Source of the DNA: Acidimicrobiia bacterium
GTDB taxonomy: Bacteria; Actinomycetota; Acidimicrobiia; Acidimicrobiales; Aldehydirespiratoraceae
DNA length: 64,000 nt
Assembly: GCA_003231645.1 (NCBI GenBank)
Contig: QIIW01000026.1
Coordinates: 8,775 to 72,774, forward strand
Direction: 5' to 3'
Part shown: piece after piece, positions 56,187-64,000 of the stretch
How positions within the stretch are numbered: the stretch's first letter is position 1
Layout of the letters: each line of letters starts with the position of its first letter
Made by a program: the position numbers and the translations under genes
The notes under the pieces: model-generated
Told to the model about the DNA's origin: nothing
Databases searched by the model: none
The model's input: only the letters and a program-made list of their open reading frames with translations

Positions 56187-57503
56187 GTGTCGACCATGCT
56201 CACCGAGGACCTCGCCGCCACGGTATCCCCGCAGATTCGTACCGAGCTTCCGGGTCCGTTGGCCCGCGACGTGATCGAACGTGACCGCAGAGTGGTGAGC
56301 CCTGCTCTCGGACGGGTGTATCCACTGGTCGTCGGGCGGGCGGCCGGAATGTGGGTCGAGGATGTCGACGGCAACCGGTTCCTCGATCTGAACGCGGGTA
56401 TCGCCGTCGACGCCACCGGCCACTGTCATCCGGAGGTCGTGGCCGCGATCGAGGACCAGAGCCGATCGCTGCTCCACTACTGCTCGAGCGATTTCCACGT
56501 GCCCGTCTACACGGAACTGTGCGAGCGACTGGCCGCGGCATCGCCGATGTCCGACGAGGTCAACGTCTATCTCGGCAATTCGGGCACCGAGGCGGTGGAG
56601 GCGGCACTCAAGTTGGCCCGTTACGCAACCGGTCGGCCCAACATCGTCGCCTTCTACGGCTCGTTCCACGGTCGCACCGCGGGGAGTCTGTCCCTGACGG
56701 CCAGCAAGGGAAAGTACCGATCGGGATTCGGCGTAGCGATGCCCGGCGTGTACCACGCTCCCTACGCCGGATCCGACGGATCCACAGGTGCGGCCTACAT
56801 CGAATCGGTGCTGTTTCGCCATGTCACCGAACCCGGCGACGTGGCCGCGATCGTCGTCGAGCCGATCCAGGGTGAGGGTGGCTACCTGGTGCCCCCGGAC
56901 GGTTGGCTGGCCGATCTTCGGAACCTCTGCGATCGCCACGGAATCCTTCTCGTGGCCGATGAGGTCCAGTCGGGGGTTGGAAGAACGGGTTCGATGTGGG
57001 CCATCGATCCCTCCGGCGTGGAGCCCGACATGATGTGTGTCGGAAAGGGTCTGGCGAGTGGGCTCCCGCTGTCGGCGCTGGTCAGCCGCAACCGCCACTC
57101 AACGTGGGGTACCGGCAAACACGGGTCGACTTTCGGCGGCAACCCCGTGGCGTGCGCCGCAGCGGTTGCCACCCTTGACCTGGTGGAGGGGTCGCTCATG
57201 GCGAATGCCGCCAAGGTGGGGTCTCATCTTCTCGACCGGCTGAGAGGGCTGGTCGGGACCGAGCAGCTCATCACCCGGGTGAGAGGTCGGGGACTGATGA
57301 TCGGTATCGAGTTCGTCGACGGTGAGACCGCTCACGAGGTCGAGCAGGCAGCATTTCGTGAGGGAATGCTGGTTCTCACGTGTGGGGAACGAACCGTGCG
57401 CATGGCCCCGCCGCTGATCATCACCGAGGAGCAGGCCGATCTGAGCGTGGAGTTGCTGTCGCGTGCCTGCGGGCGGATCGGTGGGGGAGCCTCGCCGCGA
57501 TAG
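56187..57503 (+). CDS. gabT: class III aminotransferase (4-aminobutyrate aminotransferase-like)
   Basis: GNSGTEAVEAALKLAR, LVADEVQSGVGRTG and VGKGLASG (PLP lysine) motifs. The start is GTG 56187 or ATG 56196. Confidence 0.88.
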   Translation: MSTMLTEDLAATVSPQIRTELPGPLARDVIERDRRVVSPALGRVYPLVVGRAAGMWVEDVDGNRFLDLNAGIAVDATGHCHPEVVAAIEDQSRSLLHYCSSDFHVPVYTELCERLAAASPMSDEVNVYLGNSGTEAVEAALKLARYATGRPNIVAFYGSFHGRTAGSLSLTASKGKYRSGFGVAMPGVYHAPYAGSDGSTGAAYIESVLFRHVTEPGDVAAIVVEPIQGEGGYLVPPDGWLADLRNLCDRHGILLVADEVQSGVGRTGSMWAIDPSGVEPDMMCVGKGLASGLPLSALVSRNRHSTWGTGKHGSTFGGNPVACAAAVATLDLVEGSLMANAAKVGSHLLDRLRGLVGTEQLITRVRGRGLMIGIEFVDGETAHEVEQAAFREGMLVLTCGERTVRMAPPLIITEEQADLSVELLSRACGRIGGGASPR

Positions 57504-57516
57504 TCGGCCCGGTGGC

Positions 57517-58209
57517 TCAAATACCGAGGAGCGTCTTGACCGTGCGCACCGCGGAAACGGCGTTGGGGGCGTAGCCGTCGGCTCCGATCCGGTCGGCATA
57601 TTCCTGGTTGACCGGTGCTCCTCCCACGAGAATCTTGGTTTCGCCGCGTACGCCGGCGTCGTCGATGGCCGCGATGGTGCCGGCAACCTCGGGCATGGTG
57701 GTCGTGAGAAATGCGCTGATCCCCACGGCATCGGGATGATGTTCGATGATGGCCGAGACGAAGTCGGCGGCGGGTACGTTGACGCCGAGATCGATGACCT
57801 CGAACCCTGCCCCCTCGAGCATGACGTTGCACAGGTTCTTGCCGATGTCGTGAATGTCGCCGGCCACGGTTCCCATCACGAACACGCCGACCCGAGCCGA
57901 TGCGGCATCGGCCAGAAACGGTCGGATCAGGGCCATGCTCGCCTGCATCGCCCGGGCCGACACCAGCATCTCCGGCAGGAATATCTCGCCCGACTCGAAC
58001 AGCCTTCCGACCTCTTCGAGGGCGGGGATCATGGCGTCGAACAGCAGGGTGAGGGGTTCCGCTCCGGCGCCGAGACCGGTTCGGGTTGAGTCGACAGCAA
58101 TGTCGGCGTTGCCGGCGAGTACCGCTTCGTAGAGAGAGTCGAGGAGCGAATCGTTCACGCCGTCACCGGTCTGATCGTCGGGCATGTCGTGTTCCTTATC
58201 GGGAGGCAC
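57517..58209 (-). CDS. cobalamin-binding corrinoid protein (B12-binding cap plus Rossmann-like domain)
   Basis: DxHxxG motif (GDIHDIGKN), SAFLTTT and VGGAP blocks. An N-terminal helical cap domain. Confidence 0.85.
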   Translation of the reverse strand: MPPDKEHDMPDDQTGDGVNDSLLDSLYEAVLAGNADIAVDSTRTGLGAGAEPLTLLFDAMIPALEEVGRLFESGEIFLPEMLVSARAMQASMALIRPFLADAASARVGVFVMGTVAGDIHDIGKNLCNVMLEGAGFEVIDLGVNVPAADFVSAIIEHHPDAVGISAFLTTTMPEVAGTIAAIDDAGVRGETKILVGGAPVNQEYADRIGADGYAPNAVSAVRTVKTLLGI

Positions 58210-59380
58210 CGCGGCCGTGTTCTTCCACCGCGTCGACCATGGCGAGGATGTTCTCGGCCGGTACGTCGTCCATCACGGTATGAACCGATGACAGCATGTA
58301 GCCCCCGCCGGGTCCGAGAATGTCGATTACCCGTCCCACCTCAGCCCTGATCTCGGCCGGCGTTCCGAGTGGAAGTATCCGCTGGGTGTCGATGGCTCCA
58401 CAGAACACGATCTTGGATCCGTAGCGGTCGCGCAGAGCCTCGAGGTCCGACATCTTTCCGGCGGAGGTCTGGATCGGGTTGAGGATGTCGATCCCCATCT
58501 CGACGAAATCGTCGATGAGGGGGAACACGTCGCCGTCGGTGTGGAACATCAACTTGGCGTCGGTGCGGTCCTTGATGAATTCGATCCAGTCGGCGTGGAT
58601 CGGCTTGAGCACCCGACGGTACATGTCGGGTGACATGAGCAGGCTCTGCTGGGTACCGAGATCGTCGCCGATCTTGATGATGTCGACGTTGGGGCCCAAC
58701 GCGTCGAGGAAGTATCCCATGAGTTGCTTGCACACATCCTGGAGCTTCCATAGGAGCGCCTCGGCAAACTCCGGGTAGAGCGCCATGTTCATGAGGAACG
58801 TATCCATTCCCTGCATGGCGAACGCCCGTTCGAGGGGAAACAGCAGCCACGGGGTGGCCACGATCGCGTAGCGATTCTCACCGGCCAACGTCCGGGCCTG
58901 ATCGGCGACGTGGGCCACACGGGTGGGGTCCTCCATGTCGGGCCAGCCGTGAGCCTCGATCTCGTCGATGGTGGTGGCCCCGGCGAGGGGGTGAACCATC
59001 GGGAACCACTGACCCGGCTTGATTTCCGAGGCGCCCGATCCCCATGAATCGATGTAGTCATCGTGTGGCGGGCGGTCCCGGTTGCGGTCGAGAACACGGG
59101 CGGGTTCGAGATCGAGGACCCCTCGCACGTCGGAATGGAGTCGTCGCATGGTCTTCTCGTCGATGGCTGCGGTGCCCAGTTCGGGCCAGTCATATAGGTA
59201 GTCGTCGGGCGCATCGATGCCGAGCAGCTCCTTGAGCGCCCGGTAGGGGGTCATCTTGATGCCGGTGGCGTTGCTCACCCCGAGCAGGATCGGCACGCGG
59301 TCCGGAGCCTCGTGGTCGATCGCCATCAACACTCGATCACGCGACGAGATCGTCATGGTCACCCCCGACTGGGTGGCCAT
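58196..59380 (-). CDS. uroporphyrinogen decarboxylase (URO-D) family methyltransferase (MtaA/CmuA-like)
   Basis: URO-D fold blocks (RVPILLG..., IKIGDDLGTQQSLLMSP, MFHTDGDVFPLIDDFVEMGIDILNPIQ). Overlaps the corrinoid-protein start by 14 nt. The start is ATG 59380 or 59356. Confidence 0.85.
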   Translation of the reverse strand: MATQSGVTMTISSRDRVLMAIDHEAPDRVPILLGVSNATGIKMTPYRALKELLGIDAPDDYLYDWPELGTAAIDEKTMRRLHSDVRGVLDLEPARVLDRNRDRPPHDDYIDSWGSGASEIKPGQWFPMVHPLAGATTIDEIEAHGWPDMEDPTRVAHVADQARTLAGENRYAIVATPWLLFPLERAFAMQGMDTFLMNMALYPEFAEALLWKLQDVCKQLMGYFLDALGPNVDIIKIGDDLGTQQSLLMSPDMYRRVLKPIHADWIEFIKDRTDAKLMFHTDGDVFPLIDDFVEMGIDILNPIQTSAGKMSDLEALRDRYGSKIVFCGAIDTQRILPLGTPAEIRAEVGRVIDILGPGGGYMLSSVHTVMDDVPAENILAMVDAVEEHGRGASR

Positions 59381-59583
59381 GATCGCAACCGGTGCCGGGT
59401 ATCGGAAGGGCCCAATGTCACACCCGATCGGCACAGTGGTGACATGTCGTTCACACCGGTAGCCTTGCCGAGTCCCGGATGGGACCGCGGTACGTCCGTC
59501 GGGGTTTCCCGGCGGCTGACAATCGGATACCCCTGCCCCGGGAAAGGGGCCCCGGCGATCCCGGGTCCACAGGAGGTGCGCTC

Positions 59584-59928
59584 GTGAGGCGAGCATACGA
59601 ATTGATGATCATCATCGATCGCGACGTCGCCGATGCCGACGTCGAAGAGGTGATGACACGAACCGAAGCTCTGATCACCGAGGAAGGTGGCACGGTCGCC
59701 TCGACCGACAATTGGGGCCGGCGCCGGTTCTCCTACGAGATCAATCACAAGTTCGAGGGGACCTACGTGGTGTGGGAGGTCGTCACCGAGACGGCAGGGC
59801 TCCCCGTCACCGAACGCCAACTACGTCTTGCGGACGACATCGTCCGCCACAAGTTGTTCCGTCTTCCCGAGAAGGAGGCCACCCGTCGTGGTCTGATCGG
59901 GGAGACAACGCCGGCCGAGGCCGGCTGA
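59584..59928 (+). CDS. rpsF: 30S ribosomal protein S6
   Basis: GTG 59584 lies 7 nt after AGGAGG. Sequence RRAYELMIIIDRDV...WGRRRFSYEINH. Confidence 0.95.
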   Translation: MRRAYELMIIIDRDVADADVEEVMTRTEALITEEGGTVASTDNWGRRRFSYEINHKFEGTYVVWEVVTETAGLPVTERQLRLADDIVRHKLFRLPEKEATRRGLIGETTPAEAG

Positions 59929-59943
59929 CCCGGAGGTACCCGA

Positions 59944-60408
59944 ATGGGCTTCGACAACACCGTTACCGTCGTGGGAAACGTCACCCGCGATCCCGAGCTG
60001 AGATTCACGCAGGGCCAGATGGCCATCGCCACCTTTGGTGTGGCCTGGAACAAGAAGCGTCAGGATGCCGAGGACGAGGTCTCGTTTTTCGATGTCACCT
60101 GCTTCCGTCAACTGGCCGAGAACGTGGCTGAGTCGATCACCAAGGGAACACGTGTGGTGATCTACGGCACTCTGCAGCAGCGCAGCTGGGAGAACAACGA
60201 GGGCCAGCGACGCTCCAAGGTCGAGATCCTGGCCGATGATGTGGCACCGAGCCTCAAGTGGGCATCAGCCCAGGTTTCACGCAACGAGTACAAGGGCGGT
60301 GGTGCCCAACAGGGTGGTCAACAAGGTGGCCGGCCGCGTTCGGATTCGAGCCAGCCACAGGCGGCATCACCGACTCCCGCCTACAACCTCGACGAAGAAC
60401 CGTTCTAG
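59944..60408 (+). CDS. ssb: single-stranded DNA-binding protein
   Basis: OB fold (NTVTVVGNVTRDPELRFT), a Gly/Gln-rich linker and an acidic tip DEEPF. Confidence 0.95.
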   Translation: MGFDNTVTVVGNVTRDPELRFTQGQMAIATFGVAWNKKRQDAEDEVSFFDVTCFRQLAENVAESITKGTRVVIYGTLQQRSWENNEGQRRSKVEILADDVAPSLKWASAQVSRNEYKGGGAQQGGQQGGRPRSDSSQPQAASPTPAYNLDEEPF

Positions 60409-60483
60409 AGCCCGCCGGTCGGTCCGGGCAACACAAACGAACAAGTTTCACAGGCCGGACCCGTCCGGCCGAAAGGGAAGAAC

Positions 60484-60909
60484 ATGGCCAAGGTGAAGAA
60501 GCGGGGAAAGTCCTCCAAGGACAGCGCCCGTCGGGGTAAGAAAAAGATAAGCATCCTCAAGACCGAGAAGATCGAATACGTCGACTGGAAGGATGTGAAT
60601 CTCCTTCGTCGGTTCATGTCGGAGCGCGCCAAGATCCGCGCCCGCAGGGTCACCGGCAACACCGTGCAACAGCAGAAAATGTGTGCGGATGCGGTCAAGC
60701 TCGCTCGCGAGATGGCGTTGGTGCCCTACGCCAACCGCGTGACCACCCAGCGCAGCAACCGCGGAGAGCGTGGTGATCGCGGTCAGCGGGCCGACGGCCC
60801 GGCCCCGCGTCCCAGCGCGCCGCCGCCGCCTCGTCGTGACGACGATCAGGGCGCCCCGAATGGTGCCGACGCGTTGAGTGGACAAAGCGCGGAGGTCAGC
60901 GAGTCGTGA
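60484..60909 (+). CDS. rpsR: 30S ribosomal protein S18 with a ~60-aa C-terminal extension
   Basis: S18 core ([30 protein letters not shown]...[20 protein letters not shown]) followed by an Arg/Gly/Asp/Pro-rich tail. Confidence 0.93.
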   Translation: MAKVKKRGKSSKDSARRGKKKISILKTEKIEYVDWKDVNLLRRFMSERAKIRARRVTGNTVQQQKMCADAVKLAREMALVPYANRVTTQRSNRGERGDRGQRADGPAPRPSAPPPPRRDDDQGAPNGADALSGQSAEVSES

Positions 60910-61352
60910 AGGTGATTCTGCGAAGCGACGTGAGTGGCCTCGGCCACAAAGGCGACGTCTGTGATGTGGCCGACGGCTACTTCCGCAACTTCCTCGACCC
61001 CAATCAACTGGCGTTCAAGGCCACGACCGGCAACGCCAACCAGGCCGAAGCCATGCGACGTGCCTCGGCGATTCGCAACGCTGCCAGCAGGGCCGAGGCC
61101 GAGGAAGTGGCAACCACATTGGTCCCGGCCGTGATCTCGATCTCGGCCAAGGCGGGCGAGGGCGGTCGGCTGTTTGGTTCGGTCGGTGCTTCCGACATTG
61201 CCACGGCGGTGGAGGAGCAGACCGGAGCGGTGCTCGACCGTCGTAGTCTCAGGCTCGACACGCCGATCAAGGACCTCGGACAGGTCACGGTGATGTGCAA
61301 GCTGCACCCCGAGGTTGAGTTCCCGATCACGATCGACATCACGGCCGCGTGA
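60906..61352 (+). CDS. rplI: 50S ribosomal protein L9
   Basis: [19 protein letters not shown]-terminus. GTG start overlapping the rpsR stop. Confidence 0.95.
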   Translation: MKVILRSDVSGLGHKGDVCDVADGYFRNFLDPNQLAFKATTGNANQAEAMRRASAIRNAASRAEAEEVATTLVPAVISISAKAGEGGRLFGSVGASDIATAVEEQTGAVLDRRSLRLDTPIKDLGQVTVMCKLHPEVEFPITIDITAA

Positions 61353-61410
61353 TGCTCGGGCCGGCGCCGATGCGTGCCGGTCCTGGTTCCAGGGGGACTC
61401 TTGTCCCCAG

Positions 61411-61518
61411 AGATCCACAGCATTGTCAACAGCCGCGTCCGGGTTTGTGTCATCGTTGTCCACAGGATTCCGGGTGGAAATCCCCGTCCAAATCGGGTCT
61501 ATCCACTGGTGTCCCACA
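61411..61518. promoter_or_regulatory. DnaA-box-like cluster upstream of dnaB
   Basis: agatccaca (61411), TTGTCCACA (61456, matching the actinobacterial consensus TTGTCCACA), ctatccact (61499) and tgtcccaca (61510). All are in the same orientation within 108 bp of the 214-bp rplI-dnaB spacer. Confidence 0.45.
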
Positions 61519-61566
61519 GGTCGGCCGGGGCAGGCTCGAACCGATGCGCGGCTCAGTGAGGAACAC

Positions 61567-62919
61567 ATGGTTGCATTCGACTTGACCGACGCACGAGCGG
61601 CCCGCGTACCTCCGCACAATCTCGAGGCCGAGGAGTCCCTGCTGGGAGCCATGCTGCTGTCGCGCGACGCGATTGCCGATGCCGTCGAGACCGCTCGTAG
61701 TGAGCATTTCTACCGGCCCGCTCACGCCCACGTCTTCGATGCCATCTCCACGCTCTACGCGGCCGGTGATCCCGCCGATCCCGTCACCGTGGCCGAGGAA
61801 CTCGACCACGCCGGTGTGCTCGAATCGGTCGGGGGAATCGACGCGTTGCTCGCGTTGCAGGTCAACACCCCGGCCATTTCCAGTGCCTCGAAATATGCGA
61901 GGATCATTGCCGAGCGTTACACCCTGCGCCGCCTGATAGCGGTCGGTGGTGAGATCGCTGAGGTCGGCTACAGCCTTCCCGACGATGTCACCCGGGCGGT
62001 GGACGAGGCCGAGAACATGATGTTCCAGGTCGGTCAGGGCCGGATGGCCGACACTATGGGCGAGATCAGGGACCTGCTCGATGCCACTCTCGATCGGCTC
62101 GAACATCTCTACGAAAATGGCCGAGGCATCACCGGGACTCCCACCGGTTTCCTTGATCTCGACGAGTTGCTGTCGGGCCTGCAACCCAACGCGCTGATCA
62201 TTGTCGGATCCCGTCCCGCGATGGGAAAGACCGCGTTCGCTCTCAACATGGCGGCTCACGCCGCGGTTCGGGAGTCGAAGGCGGTTCTGGTGTTCAGCCT
62301 CGAGATGGGGCACCTGGAGCTGAGCCAGCGCCTGCTGTGTTCGGAGGCGAGCGTCGATGCCAAGAACATGCGCGACGGCAAGCTGAGTGAGGATGACTGG
62401 ACAAGGATCTCCAACGGCATCGGGCGCTTGGCCGAATCGAAGATCTGGATCGACGACAACCCGAATCTCACCATCATGGAGATCCGTTCCAAGGCTCGCC
62501 GCCTCAAGAGCAGGGTCGGTGAACTTGGGATGGTCGTGGTCGACTACCTTCAACTCATGACCGGCCGCTCGGGGGCCGAGAACCGTCAGGTCGAGGTGGC
62601 CGAGATCTCACGTGGACTCAAGATCCTCGCCCGTGAACTCGAGTGTCCGGTGGTCGGGCTCTCCCAGCTCTCACGAAATCTCGAGACGAGAGCCGACAAA
62701 CGGCCGATGCTCGCCGATCTGCGCGAGTCGGGTTCCATCGAGCAGGACGCCGACGTGGTGATGTTTCTCTACCGTGACGAGGTCTACAACCCCGGCACCG
62801 ACAGCGAAGGAATCGCCGAGGTGATCGTGGCCAAGCATCGCAACGGCCCCACCGGCACCATTCAGCTCGGCTTCGTTCCGAGGTTCACGTCATTTCGCAA
62901 CCTGGCCCGCCGAGCGTAG
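61567..62919 (+). CDS. dnaB: replicative DNA helicase DnaB (no intein)
   Basis: ATG 61567 follows GAGGAA. PPHNLEAEESLLGAML N-terminus, Walker A GSRPAMGKTAF, Walker B VVVDYLQLM, and RELECPVVGLSQLSR. Confidence 0.95.
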   Translation: MVAFDLTDARAARVPPHNLEAEESLLGAMLLSRDAIADAVETARSEHFYRPAHAHVFDAISTLYAAGDPADPVTVAEELDHAGVLESVGGIDALLALQVNTPAISSASKYARIIAERYTLRRLIAVGGEIAEVGYSLPDDVTRAVDEAENMMFQVGQGRMADTMGEIRDLLDATLDRLEHLYENGRGITGTPTGFLDLDELLSGLQPNALIIVGSRPAMGKTAFALNMAAHAAVRESKAVLVFSLEMGHLELSQRLLCSEASVDAKNMRDGKLSEDDWTRISNGIGRLAESKIWIDDNPNLTIMEIRSKARRLKSRVGELGMVVVDYLQLMTGRSGAENRQVEVAEISRGLKILARELECPVVGLSQLSRNLETRADKRPMLADLRESGSIEQDADVVMFLYRDEVYNPGTDSEGIAEVIVAKHRNGPTGTIQLGFVPRFTSFRNLARRA

Positions 62920-63043
62920 ATCTCACGGCAGGTCCAGGGCGGCCCGAACCGGTGGTCGCGGCGGCGAGAACGAGTCTCCCTGAGCGCGAGTGTCGCGCCG
63001 GCCGAAGTCAGGGCTCCCGATCCGGGCGGCGGGGTGAGGGCGT

Positions 63044-63769
63044 GTGAGCCCCACGGTGACTAGCGTCGGCCGGATGAATCGGGTTGCGAGGGTGGCCGTC
63101 GGGCTGATCGTGGGCTTCGCGGCTGCGTTGGTGATCGGCCGGCTGGTGATCTCCGATCCGACATCACCGATTTCGGAGGGGGTTGGCGTCGACACGTCTT
63201 TCCCTGCTGTCGATCACGATCCAGCCGCGGCGGCTGATCTGGTTCGGTCCTGGAAGGCCTGGCGGATGGGTACTTTCATCATCGACGGCACCTGGACTCG
63301 CACGCTCGATTCGGGAGGTCCACTGCTGAGCGGTCCGGTCCACATCGTCCAGGATCCTCCCAGACGGATGACGCAGCGACTGGGCGCCACGGTCGAGTGG
63401 TTCGATGATTCGGTGGCGGCGTGTGAGCCGACGACCCCGGACGACGCATCGGCTGCGCCCTGTGTTGCCGGCGACACCGGCATGAGCTATCAACAGAGGG
63501 TGGAGGCTGAACTGGCTGTGGTGGTCGGCTATGTCGGAGGTGACACGCGGATCTACGACGTGGGCCGAGGCCTTCTGCCTGGCTGCTACCGGGCCGAACT
63601 GAGGGTGCCGGCACTGGGCTCGCCGTGGGGCCGGTGGGCCGAGTTCTGCTTCGACCCTGGCTCGGGTGCGCTGGTCTCGAGCCGGGTTCGTCGACAGTCG
63701 GCGGTCGACGTGGAAGTCGACGCGGTGACCAGCACCGTGGTCACCGGGGCCGACTTCTCCTCCCCGTGA
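63044..63769 (+). CDS. hypothetical membrane-anchored/secreted protein
   Basis: GTG 63044 follows GGTGAGGG. N-terminal TM/signal helix VARVAVGLIVGFAAALVIG. Coding-like composition. No recognisable family. Confidence 0.55.
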   Translation: MSPTVTSVGRMNRVARVAVGLIVGFAAALVIGRLVISDPTSPISEGVGVDTSFPAVDHDPAAAADLVRSWKAWRMGTFIIDGTWTRTLDSGGPLLSGPVHIVQDPPRRMTQRLGATVEWFDDSVAACEPTTPDDASAAPCVAGDTGMSYQQRVEAELAVVVGYVGGDTRIYDVGRGLLPGCYRAELRVPALGSPWGRWAEFCFDPGSGALVSSRVRRQSAVDVEVDAVTSTVVTGADFSSP

Positions 63770-63790
63770 CTATTCTCCTCCCCGTGATTA
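63755..63790 (+). repeat. 18-bp tandem duplication spanning the stop codon of the preceding ORF
   Basis: ttctcctccccgtgacta followed by ttctcctccccgtgatta (17/18 identical). Confidence 0.85.
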
Positions 63791-63831
63791 TCTGGGAGCA
63801 CGAGACGGAACGAGAGGGGGGTGGAGGCCGA

Positions 63832-64000
63832 ATGAATGCGCCGGCACCCTGGAAAAGTGCTGGTGGCGATGCGTTGGAGGGAGTATTCAACCCCCACCCT
63901 TCCTCTCTGCGACCGACGGGGGCGATTCCGTCGGCCGGTACCTCTATCGGCGTGCAGAAAGCTGTCGTTGAGAAGATTCCTGACGATCTTCGGAGGCGAT
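63832..64000 (+). CDS. 5' part of an unidentified gene running off the right edge (partial)
   Basis: ATG 63832 lies 5 nt after GGTGGAGG. Open to the window end (MNAPAPWKSAGGDALEGVFNPHPSSLRP...). No family assignable. Confidence 0.35.
   Translation, partial: MNAPAPWKSAGGDALEGVFNPHPSSLRPTGAIPSAGTSIGVQKAVVEKIPDDLRRR

Noticed and set aside
59381-59583. Possible cobalamin riboswitch in front of the corrinoid methyltransferase operon
   Set aside because: GGGAA, GGTGTGAA and CCACTGT elements are present. However, their order and spacing do not fit the RF00174 core as I recall it, and no B12 box (AGCCAGGAGACCTGCC-like) is visible. I keep it only as a structured leader that needs a covariance-model test.
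61567-62919. Intein or mobile insertion in dnaB (and in gyrA/gyrB), which are common in actinobacteria
   Set aside because: The dnaB product is a normal 450 aa with contiguous Walker A/B and H4 motifs. gyrA and gyrB are also colinear, with no extein-intein junction motifs.

Overview
This window is a high-G+C actinobacterial chromosome segment covering the replication-origin neighbourhood. G/C dominates codon third positions, and long spurious antisense ORFs are common.

Core block (about 25-63 kb):
- Minus strand: tRNA-Ile, DUF3566, gyrA, gyrB, dciA, recF, dnaN, dnaA.
- Plus strand, diverging from dnaA: rpmH, rnpA, yidD, yidC, jag, rsmG, parS, parA, parB.
- Then cwlM, trxA, trxB, an anti-sigma/ECF sigma pair, a Ser/Thr kinase, degV, an Rv3909-like protein, a GNAT, an HDAC-family protein and pcnA.
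- Then panB, gabT, a corrinoid methyltransferase pair, and rpsF-ssb-rpsR-rplI-dnaB.
- The gene order closely mirrors the Mycobacterium Rv3907c..Rv0007 origin region.

Left 23 kb (accessory/metabolic): a carboxylesterase, a Cu(I) P-type ATPase behind a CsoR/RicR-type operator, a CFA synthase, GlnRS and a family III CoA-transferase. It also holds a decayed stretch (a frame-switching ORF and a broken 2-hydroxyacid dehydrogenase). A co-directional, translationally coupled lipid/amino-alcohol cluster follows: FGGY kinase, sphingosine-1-phosphate-lyase homologue, Ntn acylase, alpha/beta hydrolase, acyltransferase, DUF1295 and IMPase.

Best finding: the ORF track splits a glutathione peroxidase gene at an in-frame TGA. 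That TGA sits exactly at the catalytic Cys/Sec codon. It is followed by a hairpin whose apical core (GCAGGUCUGC) matches the E. coli fdhF SECIS. This is a probable selenoprotein.

Other points: DnaA-box clusters lie on both sides of dnaA and at two ectopic sites (downstream of parB, upstream of dnaB). There is a near-perfect parS. The ECF sigma gene has no canonical in-frame start codon. An orphan TadE-like gene sits next to gyrA.

I found no rRNA, CRISPR array, transposase, integrase or prophage genes.
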